Both the position numbers and the translations under genes were made by a program. A stretch of 64,000 bases of DNA from the human T2T-CHM13v2.0 reference genome, Homo sapiens: the NCBI RefSeq assembly GCF_009914755.1, contig NC_060933.1. One strand, 5' to 3'. The notes under the pieces are model-generated. The model did not search any database. It had not been told where the DNA came from and worked only from the letters and a program-made list of their open reading frames with translations. Below are positions 1-12,319 of this stretch, piece by piece (position 1 is the first letter of the stretch; each line of letters begins with the position of its first letter).

Positions 1-558
1 ATCTTAGTAAGATGCAGCTCATACCTTTACCACTCTAAAGCCCCCTTTCGTCACCAAATACACAGTGCTTCCACATTGTGTTACTGACTTTCTGGCACAA
101 ATGCCTCTATCTATCTCTGCTGATGCCAGTTCTGCTACGTAGAATGCCCTTCTCTGCCTGGTAAGCTCCTATTCATCTTTTAAAATCCAGCACAAATATT
201 AACCTTGTGAAACCTTACCAAACCATCAGTCAGTCCTGCATCTGTTTGCACAACCAGCTCCTTGCTCTTGCACAGTACTCTCATGCCACACGTACCTCTT
301 TACACAGCAGCCTGTTCCACTAGTCTGTGAGCTCCTTGAAGGCAAGGAATCATGATTGAATCCTAGTTCAGGAGGTGTTTGATAATGGAAAAAGAATTCC
401 ACATTCAACATGCTGCCGCCAAAATTAGGAATGGGAGCTTGAATGAACCTACCAGGAATTCAGCAAATACTACTCCTATAGCTTCTAGAAACCTTAAGGA
501 AATTTAGTTTTCTCAGTACTGTGATCTTAAAGCCTCTCCTCTCCTCTGACCCAACCAG

Positions 559-788
559 CTACCAGCTCAGGAAGCACCTGTCCCACCTTCGGCATATGAA
601 GCAGCTTGGAGCTGGAGATGTGGACAGATGGAGGCAAGAGTCTACAGCATTGCTCCTCCAGGTTTGGAGGAAGGAACTGGAACTAAAATTCCCCCAAACC
701 ACTGCAGTAAGCAAGGCCCCCAAGAGTCCATCCAAGGGCACCTCAGGCACAAAGTCCACCAAGCACTCAGTGCTTAAGCAAATCTATG
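559..788 (+). CDS. INVS: INVS (inversin) internal coding exon, third from last
   Basis: Acceptor ccaaccag|C at 558/559 and donor G|gtaact at 788/789. Translates (S)YQLRKHLSHLRHMKQLGAGDVDRWRQ...HSVLKQIY, recognised as inversin C-terminal region after the second IQ motif. Phases join the next two exons. Confidence 0.95.
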
Positions 789-894
789 GTAACTGTCCTT
801 CTGCCTACTTTGTAGTTCACAAGTACCCCCAGAGTACCACATCAGAATCTGAAGTAGAATTTAATTACATTGGGTAAACTTCCATTCAGATAAA

Positions 895-964
895 TTAGGT
901 TGGTGCAAAATTAATTGTATTATTAAAAATGGTCAAAACTGCAATTAATTTTGCACCAACCTAA
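895..964. mobile_element. MADE1 (Hsmar1-derived MITE), internally deleted
   Basis: TTAGGTTGGTGCAAAA...TTTTGCACCAACCTAA terminal inverted repeats followed by TA; perfect 24-bp inverted repeat 894-917 / 942-965. Confidence 0.92.
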
Positions 965-1577
965 TATTTCTCAAGCACCATTTCATTCCTGCCTCCCAGC
1001 GATACTGGGTCATAATTGTTTGGTTTCGTGAGGCATTCTAGCATCTCAGCCCAGAGTGCCCTCAAGCTTTACTGTTTAAACCTCTCCAGACCCCTGCTTG
1101 AGTCTCCTCCTTGCATTACCCATTTGGAGCATTCACGACTTAGCTAGACTCTGCCTGTATCACTTTGACTTTTCCTATGCTGAGATGTTATAGGGTTGCC
1201 CACTATGAGAATGCTCAACACCCATGCACTATAGTAAATATTTGTTCAGCAGATTAACTGCTGTAAATTGAAACATTTTCAGCTCTGCAAAGAGCCCATC
1301 CAAATAGACCCAGTAGAGTTCAAGAAGCCTTGCTGGCTCAAGAGAAAAAAAGATAAGCAAGAGCACCTTTAGAAAGATCTCCTACAGCATGAACTTTAAC
1401 ATTCATTTAGCAAAATCTCAGGACTTTACCCTGGGCCTACATGTTTCCACACCATACCTAACTTATCTTGACACACACCTGCAAGCTCAAGCCTTTACCA
1501 CAATAAGGAATTCAGAAGTTGGTCAGGCCAAACGTATCCCTGGCCAAAGAAAAGTAACAGTTGTTGGTTCATTTCAG

Positions 1578-1652
1578 GTTGTTCTCACGAAGGGAAAATA
1601 CATCATCCTACAAGATCTGTAAAAGCCTCTTCTGTGCTGCGTCTCAACTCAG
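1578..1652 (+). CDS. INVS: INVS penultimate coding exon (75 nt)
   Basis: atttcag|GT acceptor and CAG|gtaagg donor; encodes (G)CSHEGKIHHPTRSVKASSVLRLNS in phase with flanking exons. Confidence 0.95.
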
Positions 1653-2235
1653 GTAAGGCAGCCACTGCAAAGCAGATGGTGGGGAAGAACATGGGGAAGC
1701 ATTTTCCTTTGTTTCATCCCCAAAGACAGAAGACATTAGAACAGATATGGCCAGGGTTTTCCAATGGTCATTTGATTTCATGGGATTATTACTGTAGCCA
1801 ACATCTGTCTCCCTAAGAGGCAAATTATTTTCACAACTAAAAGCTATTATTGTTAACATTAACTCCAACAGAAATAAATGGTAGCTATTATTGATCACTT
1901 TTACACATTTTTTCACACAAAGGAAATAAATGAAAATACTGTCACTCTTCAAAGGAATACCTTGGGAATCCTTGTTCCATTTTGGTGTCACACTATGATC
2001 CCCTATTTCCTTCTCCAAGATGGGAAGAACACCATGAAGAGAACACTGAGAGCATGTACAGCCCAGGCTCAGCTGTGCGTGCTTTCCCTCATACAGGAGA
2101 AGCTCAGGGAACTTTCTTTTCAGCCACCAAGACAAGAGTGTTTTACTTAGGGCCCCCTCATTCACACCAGCATTAAATATGGGTGATAAGTTCATTGCTG
2201 TCAGCAGCTAATGCCAGGTCCAGTGTTTCTCATAG

Positions 2236-2249
2236 GTGGCTATGGCAAC
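2236..2249 (+). promoter_or_regulatory. RFX X-box-like motif in INVS last intron
   Basis: GTGGCTATGGCAAC fits GTNRCY-AT-RGYAAC; function untested. Confidence 0.45.
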
Positions 2250-3143
2250 ACGCTCCCCCCTGCCTCCTCGATCCACACAGTCATCCTGGAGGAACAGAGT
2301 GCAGCTGGGAAGGTGAACAATGACTGTCAGCATGAACTTTAATATTCATTTAGTTTTTTGATGGGGGGCAAAAACCTGGAGGTGGGGGACAGAGTAATTA
2401 CTGCCAAATCTTTAATAAGTGTTGGACAACTCATGTAATACAGACAGGCTGATCAGGGAGTGGTGGGTGGGGTAGTTAGAAACTTTCAAAGCAATCAAGG
2501 CCTACAGTCTGTTTAAAAACAAACAAACAAAAAAACCCCTTTCATTATACCTGAGCAAATTAAAGAATCATTTCAAAAACAGAATTGTCAGATATCACTA
2601 CCAGAGAAGTGGCATTTAGACAATCAAATACTAGCATAAATTAGATAACTGGATCATTTTTCAGTCTTAAGAGAAAAACAAATCCAAGACTACCAGAAAT
2701 CTTTTAAAATGGTGTTTAGCAGCATATAAGTTTTTTAGTTAAGAGACTCAGAAGGGACAGAGTAAATAAATTCAAATCAATACTTAATGATTTCTTAGGA
2801 CTTCATATGAACAAGCAACTTACTTGTCCTACACATATTTTTGACTGGTTTAAAATCAGACAAGGATAAAATGATCTTTTCCTAACCCCAAATTTAGGAG
2901 AACACACAGTTTTGTTAGGCTCAAGCCCACCCACATTAAGCATTAACCAGTTAATGAATATTATTGCTCTCACCCTCCAACTTGGAGAACCCCCCACCCC
3001 CGAGGTTTTAGTAGTGCCTTTACCACTTAAAAAGGAAGAAGCAGAAAGGTGGATATAGCAAAATGCCAGCCTCCTTGGGCTGTTTCTCCACATGTATTTG
3101 GGAGGCAGCAAATCAATCCCTGCTCATGTCAGTCTTCTACACC

Positions 3144-3196
3144 CAGCCTTGCAAACCACCCACCAAGAATCTCAGCAGAGCCTTTTATTGACACAC

Positions 3197-3233
<37 letters not shown>

Positions 3234-3276
3234 CCTTGCAAACCACCCACCAAGAATCTCAGCAGAGCCTTTTATT

Positions 3277-3317
<41 letters not shown>
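3144..3317 (+). repeat. Tandem duplication of a 47-bp unique segment, each copy followed by (CA)n
   Basis: cagccttgcaaacc...gccttttattg occurs identically at 3144-3190 and 3231-3277, each followed by ~20 CA units. Confidence 0.95.
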
Positions 3318-3319
<2 letters not shown>

Positions 3320-4203
3320 GGGCCTATCTCTTTAACAATAAAAGAAAAGAACTCCCTTTAAAGTTCCATTCCAGTGAATGGAATAACTGTGATTATTAGT
3401 ATTGGTACCCCCTGTACAAATCCAGTTTATTCTTGCTCACCTGCAGAGGGGTACACAGATGACAACTCCATTCAAGATACAGTGAAGACAGCCAAAAACA
3501 ATAGTTCACATTAAAATAATTTTGTGGAAGTTATAAAACCAAGAGAGAAAAATTGAGACATATGTTTGTTACTTTTAAAAACTACTAAACCTTTAATGTA
3601 TTTGCTTATATGCTCCATAAAAAGTTAGAAGCAAAATATAGCAATGTCTTCAGCAAGGTTTCTCATATGGGGCCTCAGTATCATTTGTCAAAGTATATCA
3701 CTAATGTTTTCTGACTGTGGCATCCTATACATTTGTTAATTCAAAGTCATAAAAAGGCCTCAAAAATCCATTTTGATATTCCCATCAGCTTATCATTCAT
3801 GAGGATCTGAATATTTTCTAACAAACCTATTTTCTAGAACAACTATTCAAAGTGTAATAGGAGAGTTAAAAGATGTGTTACCTGTTTATGTAATGTGTTA
3901 TGTGAGAGACCCAGAGAGAGAATCTATTTGTTATTTCAGGCAGACTGAAGACCGAGGTTCTGGTACCAGCTCCCCAAGTGCCTGCTCTCTCTTAATCAAG
4001 TCTCCCTTGAAGAGATGTCCCATATCTTGAGACTGCAGGAAATATAAAGCTATTATATTAAGTCATCCTGCCTCTACAGTAAACTGGCCCATCATCCCAG
4101 GGATAGCCTAAACCGAAATCCTTCTTCCTCAACACCAATGAACTATTCCCTTCAGCCTTAAAATTAATAACCTTAATATCTATCTGGTATTTGTTTTTAA
4201 CAG

Positions 4204-4310
4204 TGAGCAACCTACAGTGTATACATCTCCTTGAGAACAGTGGAAGATCAAAGAACTTTTCTTATAACCTGCAATCAGCTACTCAGCCAAAAAACAAAAC
4301 AAAACCTTGA
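4204..4310 (+). CDS. INVS: INVS last coding exon to stop codon
   Basis: tttttaacag|TG acceptor; encodes (V)SNLQCIHLLENSGRSKNFSYNLQSATQPKNKTKP then TGA at 4308-4310, matching the inversin C-terminus as recalled. Confidence 0.95.
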
Positions 4311-4774
4311 CTGCCTATGGAGGAAGACTGTGTTCGGGGGAGCTGGCATAGCTAGTGCAGAGTTCAGATTTTCTGCTGATAATCTTTTACACCTTGGGAA
4401 AACTTTAATATCCGTACCTGAAGGCTGATTCACCTAAAAATGTGTTAACTGAAAGAAAATGTCAGAATGTTTCCTTTCTGCTCTTACACAGCATTGTTTT
4501 GTCAATCAACACAGCCTGCACTGAAAGGACCTGCATAGACTATGTCTGTGCAAAGTGCCTGAGTGTCTGCTTTCACCTCAGTCTGTACAGTTGGAAATGA
4601 GAATTCATAATTAACAGCAAAATCTAAGGAAAACTACGGCTGCTGGGTTGGGATTTCTGCCAGCTAGCTGGTACTGGCTTCTTGTTTCAAGAGATGAACC
4701 TAAATGAGATAGGAAGCCTGTCCCATAGCAGCCTTCCTCTCACTACTTTCCTGGCATCTAATGCAACAAACTTA

Positions 4775-4815
<41 letters not shown>
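4775..4815 (+). repeat. (CA)n microsatellite in INVS 3'UTR
   Basis: Uninterrupted CA run. Confidence 0.95.
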
Positions 4816-4818
<3 letters not shown>

Positions 4819-5736
4819 CACGTCCCACTATTACTTCAAAATTAATCAGGTTTAAATTTTAGATCAGAATCATTGCCCACTGTTTTCATTTAGAAATTGT
4901 CCAAAAGACCATAGATACATTCTGGTGATTCCTTACATTTTACAGTTCCTACGTTAGCCTCTCAAGGCCACAAGTTGCCGCCACGTCTTCACTGAATGGC
5001 TTTCTCAGTGCTGAATACCAACAGCCGTATTACAGTATCAAGGATTCTGTCAGGTAGGGTTTACAGACCAGACTGTTCATGCAGCAAGGTGCTAACTCAG
5101 GCGTCAACGTTCTACTTGTATTTTCTGACCAACTTGCAGAAGTGAGCAATCTTCTTAAAATGCCATTTCTGTTGGCAGGGAAGAATGAAACGGCACACAT
5201 CCTAGCATTCTAAGAACACCTGGTTTAAATAAAATCCAGTGATGATGGGCTCTTTCACATTGTTTAAGGGGAAAGCTGCTGTGAGAATATTGACAGTAGG
5301 CATAAACAGTGATATATTTTACTCACAGGTATTTTGGGGGTTGCTTTCATTTTCTTCAGATCAGTGCCACTTCTGTGCTAACGGTAAGAGATAGACAGAT
5401 AGGCAATGAAGTGTTCACTTAATTACCTTGGTTTTTAGTTTACTAATTATTACATTCATCGTTTTTGTGATCACAAAAACACAAAGAAGGAGGTCTGCCT
5501 GGATGGAATTACAAAGATTTAGCCAGTTTCTTGGTATATAACAGAAGGTACCACAGTATCACTCTCTATTTTGTAAATATTTAGCTCCTATGAAATGCAC
5601 AATGCACAACCGCCTATGACCATGTATCGTGTGCTAGTCCGGGAAGCCAGCCTACACATCAATAGGAACGCCCAAACATTATTTTCATATATCAGTGCAA
5701 AGAAAGAAGGTTCGTAAACTTCTTTAAAAGTTCAGC

Positions 5737-5742
5737 TTTAAT
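5737..5742 (-). terminator. TEX10: Probable TEX10 poly(A) signal ATTAAA
   Basis: tttaat on + strand, 85 nt past the TEX10 stop codon, followed on the - strand by a U-rich tract. Confidence 0.65.
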
Positions 5743-5826
5743 GACAAAGATCTATTACATCAGTCTTTTTCTTCAAATAAGATAGATGTGAATAAACAAC
5801 TTCAAACAGGAGGTACTATGGCCTCT

Positions 5827-5940
5827 TCAATACACTGTAGCCAGTGCACTGGGCCCTTGGGGATGCCCAGTGATATACACGTTGAAGCAGTAATGTAAGT
5901 CTGTGAGCCACTGTTCCTGAACACTTCCACTCTTCAATGT
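5827..5940 (-). CDS. TEX10: TEX10 exon 15 (last coding exon)
   Basis: ttctctctag|ACA acceptor; [37 protein letters not shown] then TGA (5829-5827). Confidence 0.95.
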   Translation of the reverse strand, partial: TLKSGSVQEQWLTDLHYCFNVYITGHPQGPSALATVY

Positions 5941-7269
5941 CTAGAGAGAAAAACAAGAGTAATCTGAGAACTGCACCCAAATCACTATGCTACCTGACAG
6001 TATTTTTCACACCCAAACACAATTTCCCAGAGCTTTGGCAACTGTATCCCCATCTGTAAATTACCATAGGAAGTCTTCCAGGAAACAGGGAACTATTAAT
6101 TGGGCATTACCACAGGCAGTGAAAATTCCTAGTTATATCCTCAAATGCTAATGGTTTCTTGTTAAGTCTGTTCCCTCCTGCACATGCTAGAGACTAATGA
6201 AATTTCACCACCAACCATCCCTTCACCCTTGCCTCTCCCTCTTGCCATTCTAGTGTCTCATGATCTTTACCCCAGTGCCAACTGAGAATAACTCTACAGG
6301 GCCAACCAACAATTTCTGTCAATCTCTTCTTTACAAAGATGGGCTGATTCCCCAGTCTGGGAATAATCCAAGCTCTTGATTTTCTTCCCTTCACTATTTC
6401 TGAATTATTCCACTGCCACTTCCATTACCCCTACAAAGGCTACTGAAAAAATACTAATGAGCACCTGTGTTATATGCATGTAAAAGCACTATTACTTCAA
6501 AGTATCACTACGAATCTCAAGGGATAATCTGCCAATCAAACTATACAAGACACTTTTTTAACCGCCCCCCCCCCAAACTAAAATCACCAAAGGAATCCTA
6601 AACAACAGAGCTGTCCCGGCCAAACAGACACAGCTGAAGGCAGAGAGCCAACCATTAGACAAAGCTGAAGTCTGCAACTTCTGATTTTCTTACTTTAGAG
6701 TGAACTAAGTGACTAGAAATTGGCCTGAAGTTTATTCCTGCTAAATAATTTCCTTAATGACAACATTTATGGAGCACTTAACAAATGTCAGGTATACTAA
6801 AAACTTTACTTGGGTTATCTCCTTTAATGATCACCAAAACACAATAAAGTTGGCATTATTCCCATTTTTACAGATAGGAAAACAAGCTTGGATAGGTAAG
6901 AAAGAAAGAAAAAAACTTGCCAAGCTGTCACAGTTCATTAATAGAGTCTGTATCACAGTCTAGGTAGGAATGACTCTGATGCCCTTACCTTTTCAAACTA
7001 AACTAAGCTTTGTCACCTTCATTGAGTTTGATTATTTTAAGACTTTTATTACTAATTCTGGAATCACAGACACACCCCCCCCCCCCCATTAAGTCACAGT
7101 CAGGTGCTGGACAGCACGGGAGACCCTGAGAAACTACCATATTGGGATTAATTCCTGGACTCAATGTATGGGATCCCTTTCCTCCCTCAAAACACACTTT
7201 CCCCCATGCCCCCGTCATAAATTCATTCTTATGCTAATACTGCAAAGCCTCCGGTACCATGCTTCTTAC

Positions 7270-7480
7270 CGTGATATTCTTGATGATCTGCTGCACCAAG
7301 ATCGCATTGGTCAACATATGAGTCCTGAGGGGTGCATGCTGAAGCAGCAGTCGAAGCAGCTGGCCCACAACAGGCAGCTCCTCAGGCCCAACTCTGTTCA
7401 CCCGCAGGCTCTGCAGCATCAACCTGAGGACTCGAGGCAAGAGAGCCAGGATGGAGACACAGACCCCCCACAGCTTGTCC
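7270..7480 (-). CDS. TEX10: TEX10 exon 14
   Basis: ttattgtag|G and ACG|gtaaga; [25 protein letters not shown]...IIKNIT; 211 nt, phase 2 to 0. Confidence 0.95.
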
Positions 7481-7579
7481 CTACAATAACAGAGACAGAA
7501 ATGAGTCAGTGAGCAAATGCCCACAGGAAAAGCCCCCCTTCTATATTCCCCCAAAGTGAAATGTCCTTTTAAGGAACAT

Positions 7580-8610
<1,031 letters not shown>

Positions 8611-9599
8611 TCCACATTTCAATAAACATGGTGTTTTTCACTAACATTTAGGCTAAGAGCCAAATCAAGAACATCATTCTCTCGGTATCTTTATGGAGCA
8701 AAATGTTTATGGTAGAGACAGGTGACCTTGCAGCTAGCCTAACCACATTCTCCAAGTGTTAATTAGATGGTGCAATATTCACATAGACCTAGAGTCCACT
8801 GACTATGAAAGGCTCTGACCTTTTTGCAGCTTCTTTACCAGGAGTGTATAATCTTCCTAGTTCCTAAATCTTTCTAAGAGAACCTGACTACCTCCAGGTC
8901 TAGAGGGAGCAGCCCCTTCACTATATAACCAATTTCCCTGACTGCACATATGGTAATTCCATCTATGGTGAATAATGAATCCATTCTAGGCCAAATAGAT
9001 ACTCTTATGCAGAGCCCAGCTGGGACAGTCACGTGCAAGGAGAAAAGAGAAAGCCAGACTGCAGACATAGCTAATGCAAAGGCACGGAGATACAGACTAC
9101 ACAAACTAGAAGAAACGTAGAGTAAGCTGCTTTGTCTCTTGCTAAATTTCTAATTCCTAGCCCTTGGGTTTTACAAGTTACTCCTGTAATAATCAAATAT
9201 TTTCATTTTCTACTTTTCTTAATTTGAGTGGATTTCAAATAACCACAGACCTTAAAAAAAAAAGACAGCCAAGCTCAAGGCCAGATGGGTAAAACCTCTA
9301 GGTGAAAGAAACTATAATGAAATTCATATAAAGATATCCAACAGTCATAAAAACTGTATGTGGGATTTTAGGGCAAGGATTTTCAACAGTCAACAGTACT
9401 GGAAGCTGAGGCTTCAGAACCCAGGTATGGAAGGCAGGGAGTTTGAACTATGCTCCTTGCACAGAATGGGAAGCCAGGAAAATGCAAATGTCAAACTATC
9501 CTACAGGGAAGTCTCTATAAACCTCCACAGAACTCCCACAAAAGACACACTTAGGGAAAAGGTATGCAGCCCAAAATATACAAGTCTGTTCAACTTGCT

Positions 9600-10170
9600 C
9601 CCTAAAATAAGGGAGAATGCCGACACCGCAGGAAAAAGGAGCTAATGGAACTAACAAGAACTTTAAAGAAACACCAATAAACCAAGAACACGCGAAAATG
9701 ACAAAATACCAAATAAAAATCCAAAATAGAAACAAATCCAAAAGAAAACAAAAGTTGATGAAATAAAATCTCAGTAGGAGGATTAAGTAAAAGAATTAGC
9801 AAATTGAAAGATTTTTAAGAGACGAAGACAGAATAAAAAGCTCCCTATGTTTAAAAGGAGTTTTTAGAAGAAAATAGAAACAATGGGGGAAGATGGTTAA
9901 AAATTAATAATAACTTTCCAGACTTGAAGAAAAAAAACTGAATCTTCACATTACAGAAGCACACTATGTCTAGGGCAGGATAAATAACAAATCTACACTA
10001 GGACACATCCTGATCTGCAACACACTGAAGATAAAGAGAGAACAGTAAAAATATAGATTACTACCTGTAAGATTACTACCTACAAACTAAGAGGGCTCAG
10101 ACTAACAGCAGATTTTTTCATTAGTTAACACTGAGGCAAGGAGACAATAGAACAGTATCTTCAAGGCACA
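9600..10170 (+). mobile_element. Ancient L1 ORF1-region remnant
   Basis: A-rich sequence with L1 ORF1-like motifs (cagactaacagcagatttt...atcttcaag). Confidence 0.65.
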
Positions 10171-10860
10171 GCAGACAGTACTAAACAACTCAACTCGGTC
10201 AAACCTAACTTTCTGGCCAGCACTTGTGAAATCAAAGGCTCCCCAGTAATTTGATTAGCATTTTCATCATTTTGTAATCTTATAAACACCTTCTCCAGTG
10301 GGGAAGAAATAGCCCAAATGGGAATTTTAGGTACCTAAGACTTCGGCTGCCAACTGTGCCTAATATCCTAGTAATGTTAACCTTTCCAGTACCCAGTATA
10401 GAATACCCCTACAACTGGGCATTTTAAACAGGCAAACAAGTATTACACACACTTAATTTTGTTCATTCCAGCCACATGAAGTCAAAGGATGTTTCTCTAT
10501 AAGAAACTACAATAGATCTTTGAAACTTTGCATGAAGTTGTTTTAGGGGCCATACTTCAAGTGACAGGAAATAACAAATAGCAATACACACACATTTCAT
10601 TAAGTGGGGATCTTATAAAATCTCTAGAACCCTGAGAAGTTCCTTGCTACTTATAAAGCCTTTTCTTGACCTGTCAGACCTAATGTTTGATGATGTATAA
10701 GAAAACTATCGTCGAATTTATGTTATGCATAAATTTTATAGTATATTTAAAGTGAAATACACAATTTTTTTCTATGCACATACTCTTACTGGAAAAAATT
10801 TGAATGCTGACAATAAAATGGCTAAGTTATGGTACATGCATGTAACAGAATACTATAGAG

Positions 10861-11081
10861 CAGACTGAGCAAACTATGGCCACAGGCCAAATCCAGCCCA
10901 TGGTAAGTATTTGTAAATAGTTTTACTGGAACACAATTATACTCATTTATTTACATATTATCTATTGATGCTTTCACACTACCGTGGTAGTGCTGAGTAG
11001 CCATGACAGAGACCTAATGGTCTGCAAAACCTAAAATATTTACTAACTAACCCTTTATAGAAAGAACTTTGCTGAACCCTG
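10861..11081 (+). mobile_element. MER58A-like hAT-Charlie MITE inside an old L1 3' end (~10810-11490)
   Basis: caaactatggcc.caggccaaatccagccc ... aaaatatttact...tttgctgaaccctg matches MER58 as recalled. Confidence 0.8.
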
Positions 11082-12137
11082 GTATGGAGAAATAAAAACG
11101 AATGAAATACAGCTGAATGAGTCAACTTCAATCAATCTCAAAAGCAATGCTGAGAGAATCAAATCACAAAAAATACATGCAGTATAATTCCCATTACAAA
11201 AAATCCACAAATATGCAAAACAAACCTGATACTGTTCACAAATGCACATAAAACCATTTTTTTTTTTAAGGTAATGAAGTTGATCAACACCAAGTGATCT
11301 GGGGCAGAGGGGTACGTAGAAGACATTTAACTGTGCAGGGTACATTAACAGTATATGTGCTGATGATATTCTATATCCGAACCTGGGGTTGGTTAAATGG
11401 AGGTTCAGTTTATAATTACCTTTTAAACTACATAAATGTTTTTTTATACATTCAGTATATGTATTTTCATGTCATTTAAAAGTTCAAAAAAGACCAAAAA
11501 GGCACATATCAAAACATTAACAGCAGGTGACAGAATATTTGCCAACCTGTTAGCAGGTTTTAAAACCTTCTACAATGAACTTTTAATGGGCACACAAATA
11601 AGAACACAAGCATAAAATACTTTTTAAAATTAAAGTAAAATCTTCCCAACTACGCTAAAAGCTCTAGCCTGAATATTTTATATACGAGCAAAAGTACTAA
11701 TTAAAAGCACTAGCATCTTAGAAGAATTTCCTTAAATCCAAGATTTTAAAATTCCCACTCTGGCTAGCTCTAATGAAGCTCAAAACAAAATACAAAGGTT
11801 GGTACTAATAGCCCATCCTCCTAACGGTAGATTTATTTTTCTTGCTAGACTTATAGCAATGTTAATAAAAGAAACCTCTCAAGAAATTTTATAATGCCAT
11901 CTAAGTTTTCAAATTTGTAACTTAAAGGGGAAAGAACAAAAAACTAAAAATTTTCACTACAACACAAAGGGGATTCATGAAGGAACAAAGAAAAAGCTAG
12001 CTAGGCTGACACAAACTCTCTGAAACAGAATTTAAGGTATCTGTATAACCTAATTATCTTTAACTGTCTATTTTATTATTTGGTTGGGGGAGGAGGAACA
12101 GTAGGAAAATTAAGGTTGAAGAATAAAAAATAATTAC

Positions 12138-12319
12138 CTCTTTCTTAGATGTTCTGCTTCCCCTTTCTCTATAGTGAGCAGAAAATAAAGAAGACTGTAG
12201 CAACAAGAAGCCAGAAATGGCAGTAGAGTCTCACTAACTACACAAGTATGATCCAGGAGCTTACAGATAACACCAAAAACACAGCCAGCCGTGCTGTCAG
12301 GAATTACAGTCAACCCAAC
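12138..12319 (-). CDS. TEX10: TEX10 exon 13
   Basis: ctgcttag|GTT and AG|gtaatt; [26 protein letters not shown]...EAEHLRK; 182 nt, phase 0 to 2. Confidence 0.93.

Larger units (their letters stand above)
4311..5815 (+). other. INVS: INVS 3'UTR (end approximate) with AATAAA at 5228-5233 and 5791-5796
   Basis: Follows the stop codon; two canonical AATAAA hexamers are visible. The cleavage site is inferred. Confidence 0.6.

Noticed and set aside
789-877. Read-through of the INVS donor at 788 giving a 29-aa tail
   Set aside because: Short, with no nearby canonical poly(A) signal seen; ordinary intron read-through.
1644-2195. 183-aa antisense ORF in INVS last intron
   Set aside because: No recognisable domain, promoter or splice context; compatible with chance.
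3049-3399. ORFs with HTHT/CVCV repeats
   Set aside because: Translations of the CA microsatellites and local duplication.
7168-7512. 114-aa + strand ORF
   Set aside because: Antisense shadow of TEX10 exon 14.
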